Assembly (NCBI RefSeq): GCF_006345805.1
Contig: NC_042999.1
Coordinates: forward strand, 38,440,001 to 38,504,000
Direction: 5' to 3'
DNA length: 64,000 nucleotides
Source of the DNA: Octopus sinensis
Taxonomy: Eukaryota
Positions 11,869-25,183 of the stretch are shown here, piece by piece. Position 1 is the stretch's first letter. Every line of letters begins with the position of its first letter. The notes under the pieces were generated by a model. That model was not told the origin of the DNA. It was given only the letters and a program-made list of their open reading frames with translations, and did not search any database. A program made the position numbers and the translations under genes.

Positions 11869-12233
11869 TCTATATTGTATAGAGGGCATTATTACACATA
11901 AATGCCTCACACTAGGAGGGACAAAGTCATTACTACCAAAAATTATACTAATCATACCCAAATGCAGTTTTTCAAAGCAAGACATTTAAAATGAATTTAG
12001 TTCTGTATCACCGTGATTTCACATTCAACTTACGTCTAATGATCATCAGCAGAACTGATTCTGAACACATCATAAATAAACTACCAACTGGTAGTTTATT
12101 TATACAATATAGATATAATTAATTTGTTCAAAAGAAAAAATTATTTTCGAATTCTTTTCTTTTATGAGGTTTTCACGCTAGCTACCCGATAATTTCTTGT
12201 TAAGATCCCTTATTAAGAGATTATCCTTAATTG
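11869..12233. mobile_element. Diverged relative of the 8651-9622 element: inverted HHR-bearing segment plus sense 3' terminus
   Basis: 11869-12070 is homologous to 8651-8830; 12101-12233 is homologous to ~9490-9622; (TA)n flanks. Confidence 0.75.
11999..12056 (-). ncRNA. Type-I hammerhead ribozyme, canonical core
   Basis: AGUUCUG-CUGAUGA-U-CAUU..GAC(GUAA)GUU..AAUG-U-GAAA-UCA(CGG)UGA-UA-CAGAACU; 7-bp stem I; 10.1:11.1 is a U.U mismatch. Confidence 0.75.
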
Positions 12234-12237
12234 TTAA

Positions 12238-12302
<65 letters not shown>

Positions 12303-12850
12303 ATATATATATATATTTATATACATGCATATGTGTATATGTATGTATGTGTGTGTATGTGTCTGTATATTTTGTGGCATTGATATATGTGGAGTTAACC
12401 TTCTACCTGTATATCGAATATCTCCATATAACATATAACGCCATTGCATCAATATATAATGCTGGGTGTTTCTAAAACTCTAACACTGAAACATTCTGTT
12501 ACTTCACAATAAAGAAATCCAGATAAATACGAACAATTATTAGTATATTTCACAGTCATTATTTTATATTTGCTAACTTGATATATTATTCAACGAATAA
12601 CTTTATATCACTATAGTACTGTGAACCGAAAGAAAAGAATAAGAACAACGCAGTAAATTATGTAGATCAGAGCAAAAGGGATATATTATATAATGTAATC
12701 CTAGGTAGATGATACTATCATGAAGGTCTGAATTTCTTATTGGTTCAGCAACAGTTCAGTGAAGGCTGACCAACGCTTAACAACAAGTATTAGCAGTTAG
12801 ATGTGGTATACCATTTATGCCAATATCAAATCTGCTTTTTTCTAATTTAC

Positions 12851-12963
12851 CCTCCCTGGATTGTTTGGTGTTTGTACTTGAGTTTCAGTAGATTCCTATA
12901 TGAGAGATATTTATCAGCATCATAATTAACCAAATAGAGCACATCTCTATCAAGTCCTTGTTC
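12851..12963 (-). CDS. Candidate internal coding exon (113 nt)
   Basis: ttttgaAG acceptor, open frame EQGLDRDVLYLVNYDADKYLSYRNLLKLKYKHQTIQG, GG|GTAAAT donor; phase 0 in and phase 2 out match both neighbours. Confidence 0.55.
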
Positions 12964-13240
12964 CTTCAAAACATTTAACATATATTTTGATAAATCTTCC
13001 ATTTTTTTTTTTACTTTTAATAACTAGAAATATATCCGCTTTCATCTGTACGTAAGGGGTTTTATTGGACTGAAAAGAGACAAGCTGGTTATTGGTAAAA
13101 ATATAATTATTATCCTAGGAATATTGATGTGCCTCAACACGAGAAAGATTTTATTCTACGGCCAAGAAGTGCATAAACAAGAACTGTTAATCCATCCTAA
13201 TACCCCTGAATCACTGCCATCCATTTGCTTCTATGGAGGG

Positions 13241-13619
13241 GGAAGCACTCCGTCGGTTACGACGACGATGGTTCCGGTTGATCCGAATCAACGGAACAGC
13301 TTGCTCGTGAAATTAACGTGTAAGTGGCTGAGCACTCCACAGACACGTGTACCCTTAACGTAGTTCTCGGGGATATTCAGCGTGACACAGAGAGTGACAA
13401 GGCCGGCCCTTTGAAATACAGGTACAAGAGAAACAGGAAGTAAGAGTGAGAGAAAGTTGTGGTGAAAGAGTACAGCAGAGATCACCACCATCCCTGCCGG
13501 AGCCTCGTGGAGCTTTAGGTGTTTTCGCTCAATAAACACAACGCCCGGTCTGGGAATCGAAACCGCGATCCTATGACCGCGAGTCCGCTGCCCTAACCAC
13601 TAGGCCATTGCGTCTCCAC
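13241..13619 (-). mobile_element. Young full-length tRNA-head SINE (~380 bp)
   Basis: Head gtggagacgcaatggcctagtggttagg..ggtttcgattccc; TSD atttgcttctat (13223-13234 / 13620-13631). Confidence 0.92.
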
Positions 13620-14017
13620 ATTTGCTTCTATACACGTAAAAACGCACACACATCACACAATCGCTCACTCGCATATACACATAAGGAAATTGGTTGTGCG
13701 GTGCATGGGGGGGGGGGGCAGACCAGCACTGGACTAAAAGCATTATACAATGTTCAACGTTCATATTTGGCATTTCATCAGATTCAATTTGTAATTTATC
13801 TCTTCGAAGTCGAGAAAATACATACGATAGGTAGTACACTTGGATTATTTACTAAAGAATACATTTCTTCTACAAAAAAACAAAAGTGTAATCTTATGAC
13901 ATTGTACCATATTTACAATAACAAGACAGTTACAAAAAAAAAATTCACATTAACGTACTGATTTTCTTTTCAGTTCAATGATGTAAAATCTGAATTTCAA
14001 TGAGATGCAATGCTTAC

Positions 14018-14137
14018 CAGAATAGTCGAACAAAACAAAACGGATACAGTTGTAAATTTGGTAACTATTCCTGGCTGGTTGTTTAAAAGTTTCGCAAATA
14101 TATTGTATAGGTCATGATAACATACACCAATCAAATG
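14018..14137 (-). CDS. Candidate coding exon, acceptor position uncertain
   Basis: Strong donor CTG|GTAAGC in phase 0; frame open back to 14176 (HLIGVCYHDLYNIFAKLLNNQPGIVTKFTTVSVLFCSTIL). Confidence 0.4.
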
Positions 14138-15076
14138 CTTAATATTTTTAAAAGTAGAAATGTTAAAACTTGGTATTTAAATATGTGTATCGATACCATT
14201 GGTTCTTACAATTTTACTAAATCTAACACATCCACCCCACAACACAGCTGCAGTCAGTTTTCGTTTTCTTGCCTCCAAATTTCTTAATATTCAGTCGCCA
14301 TTTTCTATAGCAATCATGTCTAATATTTATTAGTGCAGCTTCAGAACCACTACTTATTAGGAGAATATAATGTGAAACCGTTTTTGAACTGCATTATGAC
14401 TATGAAGAATAAATAATATTCATGCTAGGAAATTTAAGTAATTCATATGAAATTATAACGAAGTTCTATTGCTGTCTTTGTGAATTCTACTTATCTACGA
14501 AGGCATTGCATTTGATTTTAAAATTTAACGACACCAATTTCGTAAACTCTCACTTCTGTCTCCAGACACTTTCCCTGTCTAACGATTAGCAGAATACCTG
14601 CCTATTATGTCATTTTGCGTCGTAGTCAGTAAATTTACGACTTGCTTTATTAAAGACAGTTATATGAAATATTCTGAGGAAGCGATTCATATTTGTCTAA
14701 GAGCACTAGTTGTTAATATAAATTTTAGCCTTACTGTATAATCAATATTCGAAATAGTAATAATAGATGTGAAACGTTTGAATTTATCTCTTTGTTGTGT
14801 AGAGTGATATTCATAATTTCCTATAAGGATTCAATTCAACATGAGCTAAAGTGATTTTGTCAGAAATATCGATGACGCCTGAAACAGTTAAATGTAATTC
14901 CAACTACAACTTCCACCTTTACAATAACTATTCCTTTTGGCTATCTATGAAATTACGAATTAGTTGGAAGGTCGTACTCGTACATGTCAAAAGTTAAATA
15001 AGACCTGAATAATTTATTCATCGATTGCCTGTGCTGATGGTGGCAGAGGTGGTTTGGGTGGTGGTGGTGGTGGCGA

Positions 15077-15110
<34 letters not shown>

Positions 15111-15399
15111 TGTTGTTGTTGTAGTTGATGTTTCTGATTTAGGTAAGAGGATGTAAAACAAAGTTGACCTCGGCATGATATTATCTCTGAAAGTAAAGGA
15201 CCAGACGAAATGCCGCTACGCGCTAAACATTTTGTTTGATGTTCTAACAATTCTAACGGCTTCTTACGCTAGATAGTATTAGTAGTAGTAATAGAACTAG
15301 TAGCAGTTTTAGTGGTGGAAATAATCATAATGTTTTCATTATTAAATTCTTAAGTGCTCACTAAAACATTGGGGCCGTTAAAGGACAATACAATGTGGA

Positions 15400-17190
15400 A
15401 TAACATGAAAGAACGTGTAGAAAAACAGGGCAACTGTAAGAATAAACGTTAAACAATGATAATTTCCCCCGAAGACAAAGGTTTACATGGGCTATTCGTG
15501 GAAATCTCACACAACCACGATCACCCTGATTCATCAGACAAGCTTCATTTCACTTTTTCCTCCTCAATTCTGCAAAGGTATGTACAGGTTAGGCCTGTTC
15601 ACTCGGATCATGCTCGCCGACTTATCCATATCTCAACCGATTAGAATCACCCTCTCTTCCCGAAATTGCCTTTTCGATTAAAAAAAACCTGCCTCTAAAA
15701 TGCTATGCTAAGTTCACGGGACAGATAAAAACATAAACACCACATCTCCTATGAATCAAAGGAAGTTGGTGGACGGTCTTCACAGTGGAGGCAGCTTGTT
15801 GTCACATTTGTTCTACACGCTACAGTAGACATTCTACATAACTCCAGAAGTCAGCATTCCTAGGCCCTGGAATACTCCGTTCACAATTTTTTTGGAAGCA
15901 CTCCGTTGGTTACGACGACGAGGGTTCCGGTTGATCCGATCAACGGAACAGCCTGCTCGTGAAATTAACGTGTAAGTGGCTGAGCACTCCACATACACGT
16001 GTACCCTTAACGCAGTTCTCGGGGATATTCAGCGTGACACAGAGTGTGACAAGGCCGGCCATTTGAAATACAGGTACAACAGAAACAGGAAGTAAGAGTG
16101 AGAGAAAGTTGTGGTGAAAGAGTACAGCAGGGATCACCACCATCCCTGTCGGAGCCTCGTGGAGCTTTAGGTGTTTTCGCTCAATAAACACTCACAACGC
16201 CCAGTCTGGGAATCGAAACCGCGATCCTACGACCGCGAGTCCGCTGCCCTAACCACTAGGCCATTGCGCCTCCACTCCGTTCACAATAACCTCACGCTTA
16301 TATAGATAATCTCAATTCGGCAATGCTCACCAATTCTGTTGATCTAGAAAGCCATCAATGATATCCGGATGTTAACTGCCGTTTGTTTCTGGTCTATGCC
16401 ACGAATTTCTCCAAAATGTCATTCATGCCTGCCACTAAACCTACTATGGAATGCCAAAGTGAAACACCTATTAACCTCACTGCCTAACTGGAAGAGTGCT
16501 CTGAGCATCTGACAACACAACAGCTAACAGTTCAGTGACCTTGGTGCACGCTTGATCCAAGGCTGCACGGTTAAAGAAACTAAGTGTAGAAAAGCAGTTC
16601 CGAGGAACGTTGACCAAACCTGTGCATCGTCAAGAAAATGCTGCAGTTCTTTCCTTGCAGAAACCAATGACCTAGTTCTCCGCTCAGGAAGTGTTGATAA
16701 GAAATTGACCTGCTGACCAGTGGAACGTGTTCATCCACTGAAAGCGGAATACCAGGTACTCCACTGAGACTTGAACTGGGGCAGGCCACGGCGGTCATGT
16801 AGTGAGATATATATAACGGATGTGATGTAAGCGTTTGCCATCTCTGTCGACCTTTCAGACATAACATTCCCTCGGTTCATCTCTGGGTGAGGTTGATCTC
16901 ATTACTTGATATCTCGTCCCCGCTCTTCACTTCTTTAAGGTCTGAACAAAACCAGAACCCCAACAATTTTAGCAGTCCATCCAGGGCATCACGATGCTGT
17001 TGGACGCAAGTGATCTGTGTCCTCGGGTGCCGAGGTGCAGGGCCATGACATTTCTAAGTTGATTTTATGACTCATGTCACCGCCTCTTAGTCCCTTTACA
17101 GCAGTGCCACTTACTCTGGTGGTCTGATGACCGACTTTATGAAGCTGAAGTGGTCCACCCATGTAGATACGCCTCTCTCGCATTTTACAT
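15400..17190 (-). mobile_element. Degenerate L1/Tx1-clade LINE ORF2 3' fragment, interrupted by a SINE
   Basis: GVSTWVDH (decayed YADD region), EAVT..KINLEMS.ALHLGT, DGLLKLLGFWFCSDL, LKGR..ANAYITSVI, ADFWSYVE.LL. Confidence 0.75.
15894..16275 (-). mobile_element. Young full-length tRNA-head SINE nested in the L1/Tx1 remnant
   Basis: Nearly identical to 13241-13619; TSD tccgttcacaat (15876-15887 / 16276-16287). Confidence 0.92.
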
Positions 17191-19382
17191 TGTACGTTGT
17201 ACTGGAAGTAGTCATGTGTAGATCAGTTTAAAATGGTACATGTTTGCTTATCGGGAATTAGTTCAAAAACGACCAGCGCTAGCCCCTTGATTAAAAACTT
17301 TTCTAAAGACTTGAAGTTCGCGCTTGACAGAGTTATCTACCGAAAATATTCAGTGTAATATTTTCTTCATTGAGTCCTTTCTAAGGGGCGCTACCTGTAG
17401 TGAGATACACGGTTATTAGCCCCAATTATAAGCACCCTCTTATCGCTACCCTTCACATTCAGAACCATGAATTTATCTTCGATGTCTACTTCTCTGACTT
17501 GGTTTCAACTGCCACAGAGCGACTGTTCCATCACTTTTGGAAGCGAAGTTAATTTCAATACATCTAGAATGTATTTTATATGGCCTTTTATACGCACGTA
17601 TTTATCTTCATTGTTCACATACTTGCCACTATTAGTACAGTTCATTCAATGCATACAGGAGTACTTATATATATAAATGCATAGATCCACGTATATACAC
17701 ATATGTATAGAAAATTGCATATGCATTATTGAACGTCTATTTTTATTGATCAAGTCACACCGCTACCTTAATCACAACTTCCCTTCAGATGTCACTTCAA
17801 TGCCTCACAACACTCTTTTACGAAGTGATTCCCGAATCCTTTGTGAGAATCACCTTGGTTGCAGTGTAAGAGTAAAAGCTCACGGTGTTTGAATTGTTGA
17901 CATGTAAAAAATAATATTTTCCTAATATGATCTCTGTTCTTCCTTATTATTCTCATACTCTCTCCTGTTCGATCAGTGTTTTCCTTCATTTGTATCGTAC
18001 CCCGGTTCTAATATTTAGGGAAATATTTGCTAGTTTGTCAAATGAGACTATTTCACATGGTTACGGTTGGATTTTCTTCACTTGCAAGAGCTCCTTATCT
18101 CAGCAAACATACGGTGCCTCATCAAGATGGTGCATCACTTTGTAAATGACAGGTTGTGTTTCGTAGAAGGTAAACTTTATAACAGACAATGTCTGCTGTT
18201 TATCGGCTGTTTTCTCCACGTCACGGTTTATGTTTCGATTATTTTCCTTGAATCTTTACTGTGTTCTCAATTACGTCTGCTGATCCCATACTGCTTCCAT
18301 CTTCTTATTCTTATGGCTGGATGGTTTTGTGGAGTGCTTTCTGGGAATTTAGTTTCCACTGTCTTAGTTTTCAATGTCTCAGCCGTTTCAATCTTGCAGT
18401 TCGTCTACTTGAGACACTCTCCGTAGTTGAAGTGCAAGTAAATATACTAACTACTTCACTTTTGTGGTTAGTGCCAACTGAAGGCCAACAACAACCGTGA
18501 TTTGTTCTTATTTTGTTCTCTGTAGGCGTTTTGAAGAGAAAGCTATTTAATGGCCTTTACTGCTAAATTTGCAGCAGCTGGGACTTTTCCCAAGGATACA
18601 GATTTTGAAGAGTTTCCCATCGGCACTCACTATCGCGAATGGTTGTCTGCGTGTCTTCCATGTATTGTGGAAAAACTCCTCTGTAGTTTTAGCAACGGAT
18701 ATTTACTTTACCCTCCTCCTATTGCATGGTTCTATGGTTGATGGCAGATGGCTGGCGTATACTTGTGAACAAAACAATGTCAAGCCTCAATTATTTTATA
18801 CAAATGTCCACTATGCAGGTCTTTATTATTTGAAAGAGTTTGTGCAAGCCTTCTGTTATTGATGACATCATTTTATTTTGTCTCAATAGAGGCGTGTACA
18901 CGGTTCTTTTGCAACAGGCTGCCTATTGTACAGTGTTTTACTTTGTATATATATATATATATTTTTTCCATTTGTTGTTAAGAATTATAAACAAGACGCT
19001 TCTGATAGACATGTAGAAATGTCCTGTTGATATTTCCTAGGTTTTCTGTCATCAACTGAATCTACTGTACATTACGTAAAAGATGTACGGACTCATTATT
19101 TATTGATAAATTATATTTTTGGTAGCATGAACTATAAGGTGATATGATTTAGACTGTGCACGGATTATTTTGTAGTATAATCAGTTTATCTTTTCTTTAA
19201 TGTATAAGAAGAAACCCTACGTGTATCGATACTGCACAGTGCGAAACGACGAAGTAATATGCAAATGTTCAGTCAACTTGTTAAAAATAATAAGTTCTCC
19301 TGTGAATTATACTTCAGAAAGTGCTCGTTAATTAATTCAGACTGAATACTTACTGGTAGTAAGAAAAGACAAGAGAAAACCA

Positions 19383-19427
19383 CGTGTATGATATACTTGC
19401 AATATAATATAATATAATATAATATAA

Positions 19428-19470
<43 letters not shown>

Positions 19471-19509
19471 TATATTATATTATATTATATTGCAAGTATA
19501 TCATACACG
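19383..19509. repeat. Palindrome centred on a (TA)n tract
   Basis: cgtgtatgatatacttgc(aatat)n ... (atatt)n gcaagtatatcatacacg. Confidence 0.85.
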
Positions 19510-19887
19510 CGCACACACATGCATATTATATTGTATACTATATATACATTATATTGTATTGTATATATAATTATATATTATATATCATATATATCATATA
19601 TATATATCTGTGTGTGTCTCTGTGTATTTGTGTGAGAGGTTGTGTGGGTGTGTTTCTATATTAATAATATATTTTTGGCAACAATGCGCCATCTTCAGCC
19701 GATTTCAAGCGAACAGGAGAAGTGGACTTCAAGAATCCTACTCTTCTTCTAAACAAATTCTCTTGTACAAGCACGTAGCTTGTTCCGCTCATTATCTTAT
19801 ATATATATCTTACCTACTTGTTTGCTTAAACTCACCTGAAGATGGTGAGATTTTGCCTCAATGTAATGTAAGAATGCATCAATAAAA

Positions 19888-20145
19888 TCATTGACTAAGT
19901 TGTTGAATGGCAGTTCGTCTCTAAATTAGTTATATGCATATATTATATATTACGGAAGTCGGTCTAATATTATTATACTGAATTTTACCTGTATGGTTGG
20001 AATAATAATTTATTCCCTAATAAATTATTATTCCAACCATACAGGTAAAATTCAGTATAATAATATTAGACCGACTTCCGTAATATATAATATATGCATA
20101 TAACTAATTTAGAGACGAACTGCCATTCAACAACTTAGTCAATGA
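19888..20145. repeat. Perfect 127-bp-arm palindrome with 4-nt loop
   Basis: 19888-20014 is the exact reverse complement of 20019-20145; loop ccct. Confidence 0.9.
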
Positions 20146-20830
20146 AGAACCTGGCCAAACCCATGCTATGGGACATATACCAAACAAAATACTAATCCAA
20201 AATTTTACTAATATATGATACTGAAGAGTAAGATTATTGCAATCATATAATATATAAGAGCAACTACTTTTAAAATCACGGTGAATACCAAACAAAGCAA
20301 CATTCATCATAGAAATATTAATTAAAATCAATTGGATAATAAAAATTAATACAATAATATAATGTATAAAAGTAAGTACTTGTACATCGACTACGCGCGT
20401 TTCATGGTTCCATTACGACTATATAAGATCATATAAGCAAACCGTATCCAAATTCATTAGAATGGAAAGTTGATTTTACTCCCATTTCAGTTACTCCTCA
20501 GGTCAGCTTCCTAAAAAAAACCTAAAAATTGAGTTTAACGTACCTCATAATATGGTAAGGAATAAAAAAAATAAGGAACAAAAACATAAATAAAGATACA
20601 AAACCTATAATGTAATCCCTAAGTTAAAGACATTAATATTATTAAAAGTTACGAACTAAAAAATTCAAATAGAGTATAATTGTGAACATGATTAATTCAT
20701 TATGTAAAATGTAAATAAATGTAAATACGTGTTAGTGTATGAAGTTAATAAAAAAACGTATGTCGATATTGTTTAGAATAAATTTAGAACACATGACTTA
20801 TCTGCCGGCGAATTACTGTACATTAAACCG

Positions 20831-20998
20831 AAATAAGTGTATTTTAGCATTTATACTGAAAAGTCACGTGATAAAGAGACCTTCTTTTTCAATAATTTCG
20901 TTATTATTATAGTAAATATAATACGTATTTATCTTTGAGTAATAGAAGCCATATTTATCACGTGACTTTTCAGTATAAATGCTAAAGTACACTTATTT
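20831..20998. mobile_element. 168-bp MITE-like element with 45-bp inverted repeats
   Basis: aaataagtgtattttagcatttatactgaaaagtcacgtgataaa and its reverse complement at 20954-20998 (1 mismatch); no clear TSD. Confidence 0.55.
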
Positions 20999-21235
20999 TT
21001 GTGTGTGGATATGCATATATCCATATGTGTGTGTCTTTGTGTCCGTGATTTTGCCCCCCGAATCACAACTTGACAAGTGTTGTTGGTGTGTTCACGTTAT
21101 CGTAACTTTGACAAAACCGATACAAGAATTAGTAGGGTTAAAAAAATAAGTCAATGGGACGATTTGTGTGACCAAAATCCTTCAAAATGAGGCCGCAGGT
21201 AAACGACTGAAATAGTTCAAAGAATAAAGAATAAA

Positions 21236-21291
<56 letters not shown>

Positions 21292-21402
21292 GTATATATA
21301 CACACACATACATGTATACATATACACACATACACACACACATATATATATATATATGTATGTATACACACACATACATATATACATATATATACATACA
21401 TG

Positions 21403-21469
<67 letters not shown>

Positions 21470-22414
21470 CCAAAAATGTTGAGAAATAAATATTATTTGA
21501 TAATAGAAGAAAAGTTTTTAGGTGCTAGTATAAGTTTCATGCGATAAAAGCATGTTAAACGACATTTTTTTTTATCACATATGGTGTCTAAGTGCACTGT
21601 TCAGGCACCACCCACATAGCATAACCAGCTTAAAATAGGACGATAAGTTGAGATAAATGGCAAGAAATTAGCAGATATAAAAAGTGACAGTTTGCAAAAC
21701 CCGAAAACGAAAAAGAAAACAGAAAAACGCAAAAAGGGGAATGGTAGTTAATTCTCCTCTAATCGTAAAGTATAAGGCTGAAAAGAAAGTAACCTACAGT
21801 CTGCGGCACAGCTGTTCAATACGGAGAATGTGGTACTTGGCACTTCGTCAACAAGAACTTAGGCATATGCTTACAACTGATGAAGATTTCGGATCTAGAA
21901 TTCAGCAGTTTGTTAACTTTCTTAGAACTAAACAAGATCTGAATTATTTCAGCTACATATAGCTTACATTTGTTTGATCTGTTAACATATGGTGTGACTT
22001 TTTTGACTATTTTCACTTTATAGTATATGATGTGGCATTCAAATTCAAGTTCCTTACGTGGCTAGCCAAATTAGCAGCTTTACTTTTGCCTCTCAGTCGG
22101 AAAGAAATATTGTTTAGATAGCAACTTTTGAAGTCACCTTCACATATAGCTCTTCTTCTCTCTAATTTTATCATCGATCGTTTCTGTCTATTCTCCCTCA
22201 TATATGACGGAATTGATCATACATCCCAGTTGGAGTGCACTGGTTTCTGTGTCTCGACATTTACACCTGGGAGTAGATCCTTGGTGTTGTTCTCGAGTAA
22301 TGATGCTTCCGTATCGGAGCAGTAGTTACGTTAAAATTTCATTGAACGACTGTTATATATATAGTTCAAATTTACAGACAACAAAAGACACCCCACACAC
22401 AGACACATATATAA

Positions 22415-22646
22415 GGCGGCGAGCTGGCAGAAACGTTAGCACGCCGGGTAAAATAATCAGCGGTATTTCGTCCGCCGCTGTGTTCTGAGTTCAAATTCCG
22501 CCGAGGTCGACTTTGTCTTTCATCCTTTCGGGGTGAATAAATTAAGCACCAGCTACGCACCGGTGTCGATGTAATCTACTTTATCCATTTGTCTGTCGTC
22601 GTTTGTCCCCTCTGTGTTTAGCCCCTTGTGGGTAATAAAGGAATAG
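22415..22646 (+). mobile_element. SINE (ggcggcgagctggcagaaacg family)
   Basis: Matches copies at 50169-50400, 56077 and 61766; B-box-like gagttcaaattcc. Confidence 0.85.
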
Positions 22647-22699
<53 letters not shown>

Positions 22700-22709
22700 A
22701 TATATATAT

Positions 22710-23795
22710 AGGAAATCTACGCTCCCAGCTTAGTTTTTCTAATGCTCGTTGCTTAGTTTTTCTTGGAGGGCTGGCCGTGATCTAGTAATCTCAAGATTAA
22801 TCAGCCGAAATTACTACGATGATCCGGTTCTTGACTGAAGACTGAGGGTTTCGAATGTCCTGTCCGTGTTTATTGTATCGTCTTCTAAGAGTTATACGTT
22901 CTTGTCCATGTTGTATTTTTCTACATACCTTAACATATTTTCCAGGCGCCACGTACCCTCTTAACATTAATGTGAGCACATATTCTTAATAACTGGTACG
23001 ACTCTTTGTTTGTCTCTCTCTCTCTCTCTCTCTTTTACTTGATCTGTCCCCTTCTCTCTCTACTCATCCTCTTTTTCTCTTCTCTTTCCTCTGATTCTTT
23101 GGTCTAATCTTCCACTACCCTCCTAATTCTTTGTCTCGCTCTGCACTCACAGGTCAATCTTCGACACCCATCCCTTCTCCTCTCTGATTCCTTCTTTCTC
23201 TCTCTTCTCTCTCTTTGTTGCGTTTGTCCCTCCTCTCTCTCTCTCCTCTCTCTCTCTCTCTTCCGCTGCTTCTCTTTCTTTTCTTTTCTCTCTCCTCTGT
23301 CACGTGACTGCTGGCCGAAATCTGCCTTTCAGCTTCTGACCAGCGTCGTGTTAACATCGTTGTTTTTCGTCCGCCGCTATAGGCATCGCCGATAAGGCTC
23401 CTTTCCTTGCGCCAGAGAAAAAATTTGTTTGCTTGTTATCAGTCGTAAGACACTTGTTGTTGTTTTCACCGTTAATGCTTCTGTATTTCATGTTTCTGTA
23501 TTCCATTATTTTTTTGTTTTTTTATATTCGTCCCTTTTGCTGTCCTGGTGTCCGTATGCATTCGATCCTTCTTCCAGGAAATCTACGCTCCCAGCTTAGT
23601 TTTTCTAATGCTCGTTGCTTAGTTTTTCTTGGAGGGCTGGCCGTGATCTAGTAATCTCAAGATTAATCAGCCGAAATTACTACGATGATCCGGTTCTTGA
23701 CTGAAGACTGAGGGTTTTGAATGTCCTGTCCGTGTTTATTGTATCGTCTTCTAAGAGTTATACGTTCTTGTCCATGTTGTACTTTTCTACATACC

Positions 23796-23799
<4 letters not shown>
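22710..23799. mobile_element. 1.09-kb non-coding element bounded by 224-bp direct repeats, inside (TA)n
   Basis: 22710-22933 = 23576-23799 with 2 mismatches; CT-rich interior with no ORF. Confidence 0.75.
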
Positions 23800-23833
<34 letters not shown>

Positions 23834-24667
23834 CATACATACATACATATATGTAATGCAAGTATTCGTGTGTGTATACACCAAGTTTGCGATTTTCGGC
23901 AACCAAATTTCACCCCTGAAATAACGTGTAATAGAATACACTTGTTCACAGTAAAAAACTAAGAAAATTGGAGCTATTGTTTCTACACACGTTGTAACAA
24001 CGAAATAGTGACACCATAACATTAGGATGCATTCTCACCTCATCTGTTAGCTCAAAAACTATTAGCGTGTATTCGTAAGACATGCAACATGAATGAGAAT
24101 TCTCCAACCTTTCTTGGTATCTTTATGAAAGCGAAGGAAATATGATTGTGGAAAGGACGAAAATTGCAAAACATGCATGTTAGAATTACACGCTAGAAGT
24201 TAAATGTTTGAAAGAAAAACGAGAAGAACTGCATGAAAATATAAAAAAGAGATCGATGTTATTTAGAATAAACTGAGAAATAATAGTTAATCTAGTTAAG
24301 AAAGAGCTATTCTTGTTAACATCAACAAGAAATAAAATAGGGAAATGAGGAGAAAAATGAATACGATTGAAAAACATATCAAGTTGTCGTAGACGTCGAA
24401 AAAGATGCCAGAATGGAAGAAAAATATTGTGAATAAGGAAATGGGAGAAGAAAAACTTAAAACATATAAAATTGAGACCACGCAGTTGAAAAAAAAGTAT
24501 ATGAAAAGAAAACATAGCAATGACCTATACGGTGCGAAAAGAAACAAATATATGAATTCGATGCAAAAATTGGAAAATAAAAGAGGAGGAAAATGAGAAA
24601 ACGAAAAAAAAATGATAAAGATGAAATGAAAAGCAGAAAAAGCAAAGCCCTTTGAAATGCTTTCCTT

Positions 24668-24736
<69 letters not shown>

Positions 24737-25183
24737 ATTTCTCTCTCTCCAGCACTCTAAAATATTAAAATTTTATTTTTCCTTTTTATTGTTATTTTTG
24801 AGATATTTACTTTCTGTTTGTGACTTTGTGTTTGAAATCGCTTGCAAAGGGCAACTGAATTTGAATCTAAGATTTCAAGTAGTTCGCTCGTCGTTAGAAA
24901 TATGTTTGAAATAATTATAACATCGGTTTCAAATTTTGGCACAAGATCAGCAATTTCACGGGAGAGGATAAACCGATAACGTCATCCCTACAAGTGGTAA
25001 TAATTTTATTGACTCCGAAATGATGAAATTCAAAGTTGACTTCTGAGGGATTTGAACTCAGACCGCAAAGAATTAGCGTTTCGCGCGTTGTTGTTGTGTA
25101 GTGAACAGGTAGTGAAAGTGGTTTGTAATTTTGTAGGTAACATCTTACACATAACTATAAAGATTCAAGCGTTGGCTAAGGGA

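Noticed and set aside
17800-18900. GC-richer stretch with several ORFs and faint resemblance to an R4/NeSL-type LINE C-terminus on minus
   Set aside because: No diagnostic motif could be read with confidence; needs a profile-HMM search
19666-19700. Minus-strand CUGAAGA-UGGC/GCCA-AAAA-UAUA-UU
   Set aside because: G12 is replaced by A and stem I has no partner; at most a dead relic
21872-21905. CUGAUGA followed by an AGAU/AUCU hairpin
   Set aside because: No GAAA after the stem and no stem I or III
22770-22860. Possible type-II hammerhead in the 224-bp repeat (GAAA..AUC..CUGAAGA)
   Set aside because: Stem I does not form and stem II is out of register
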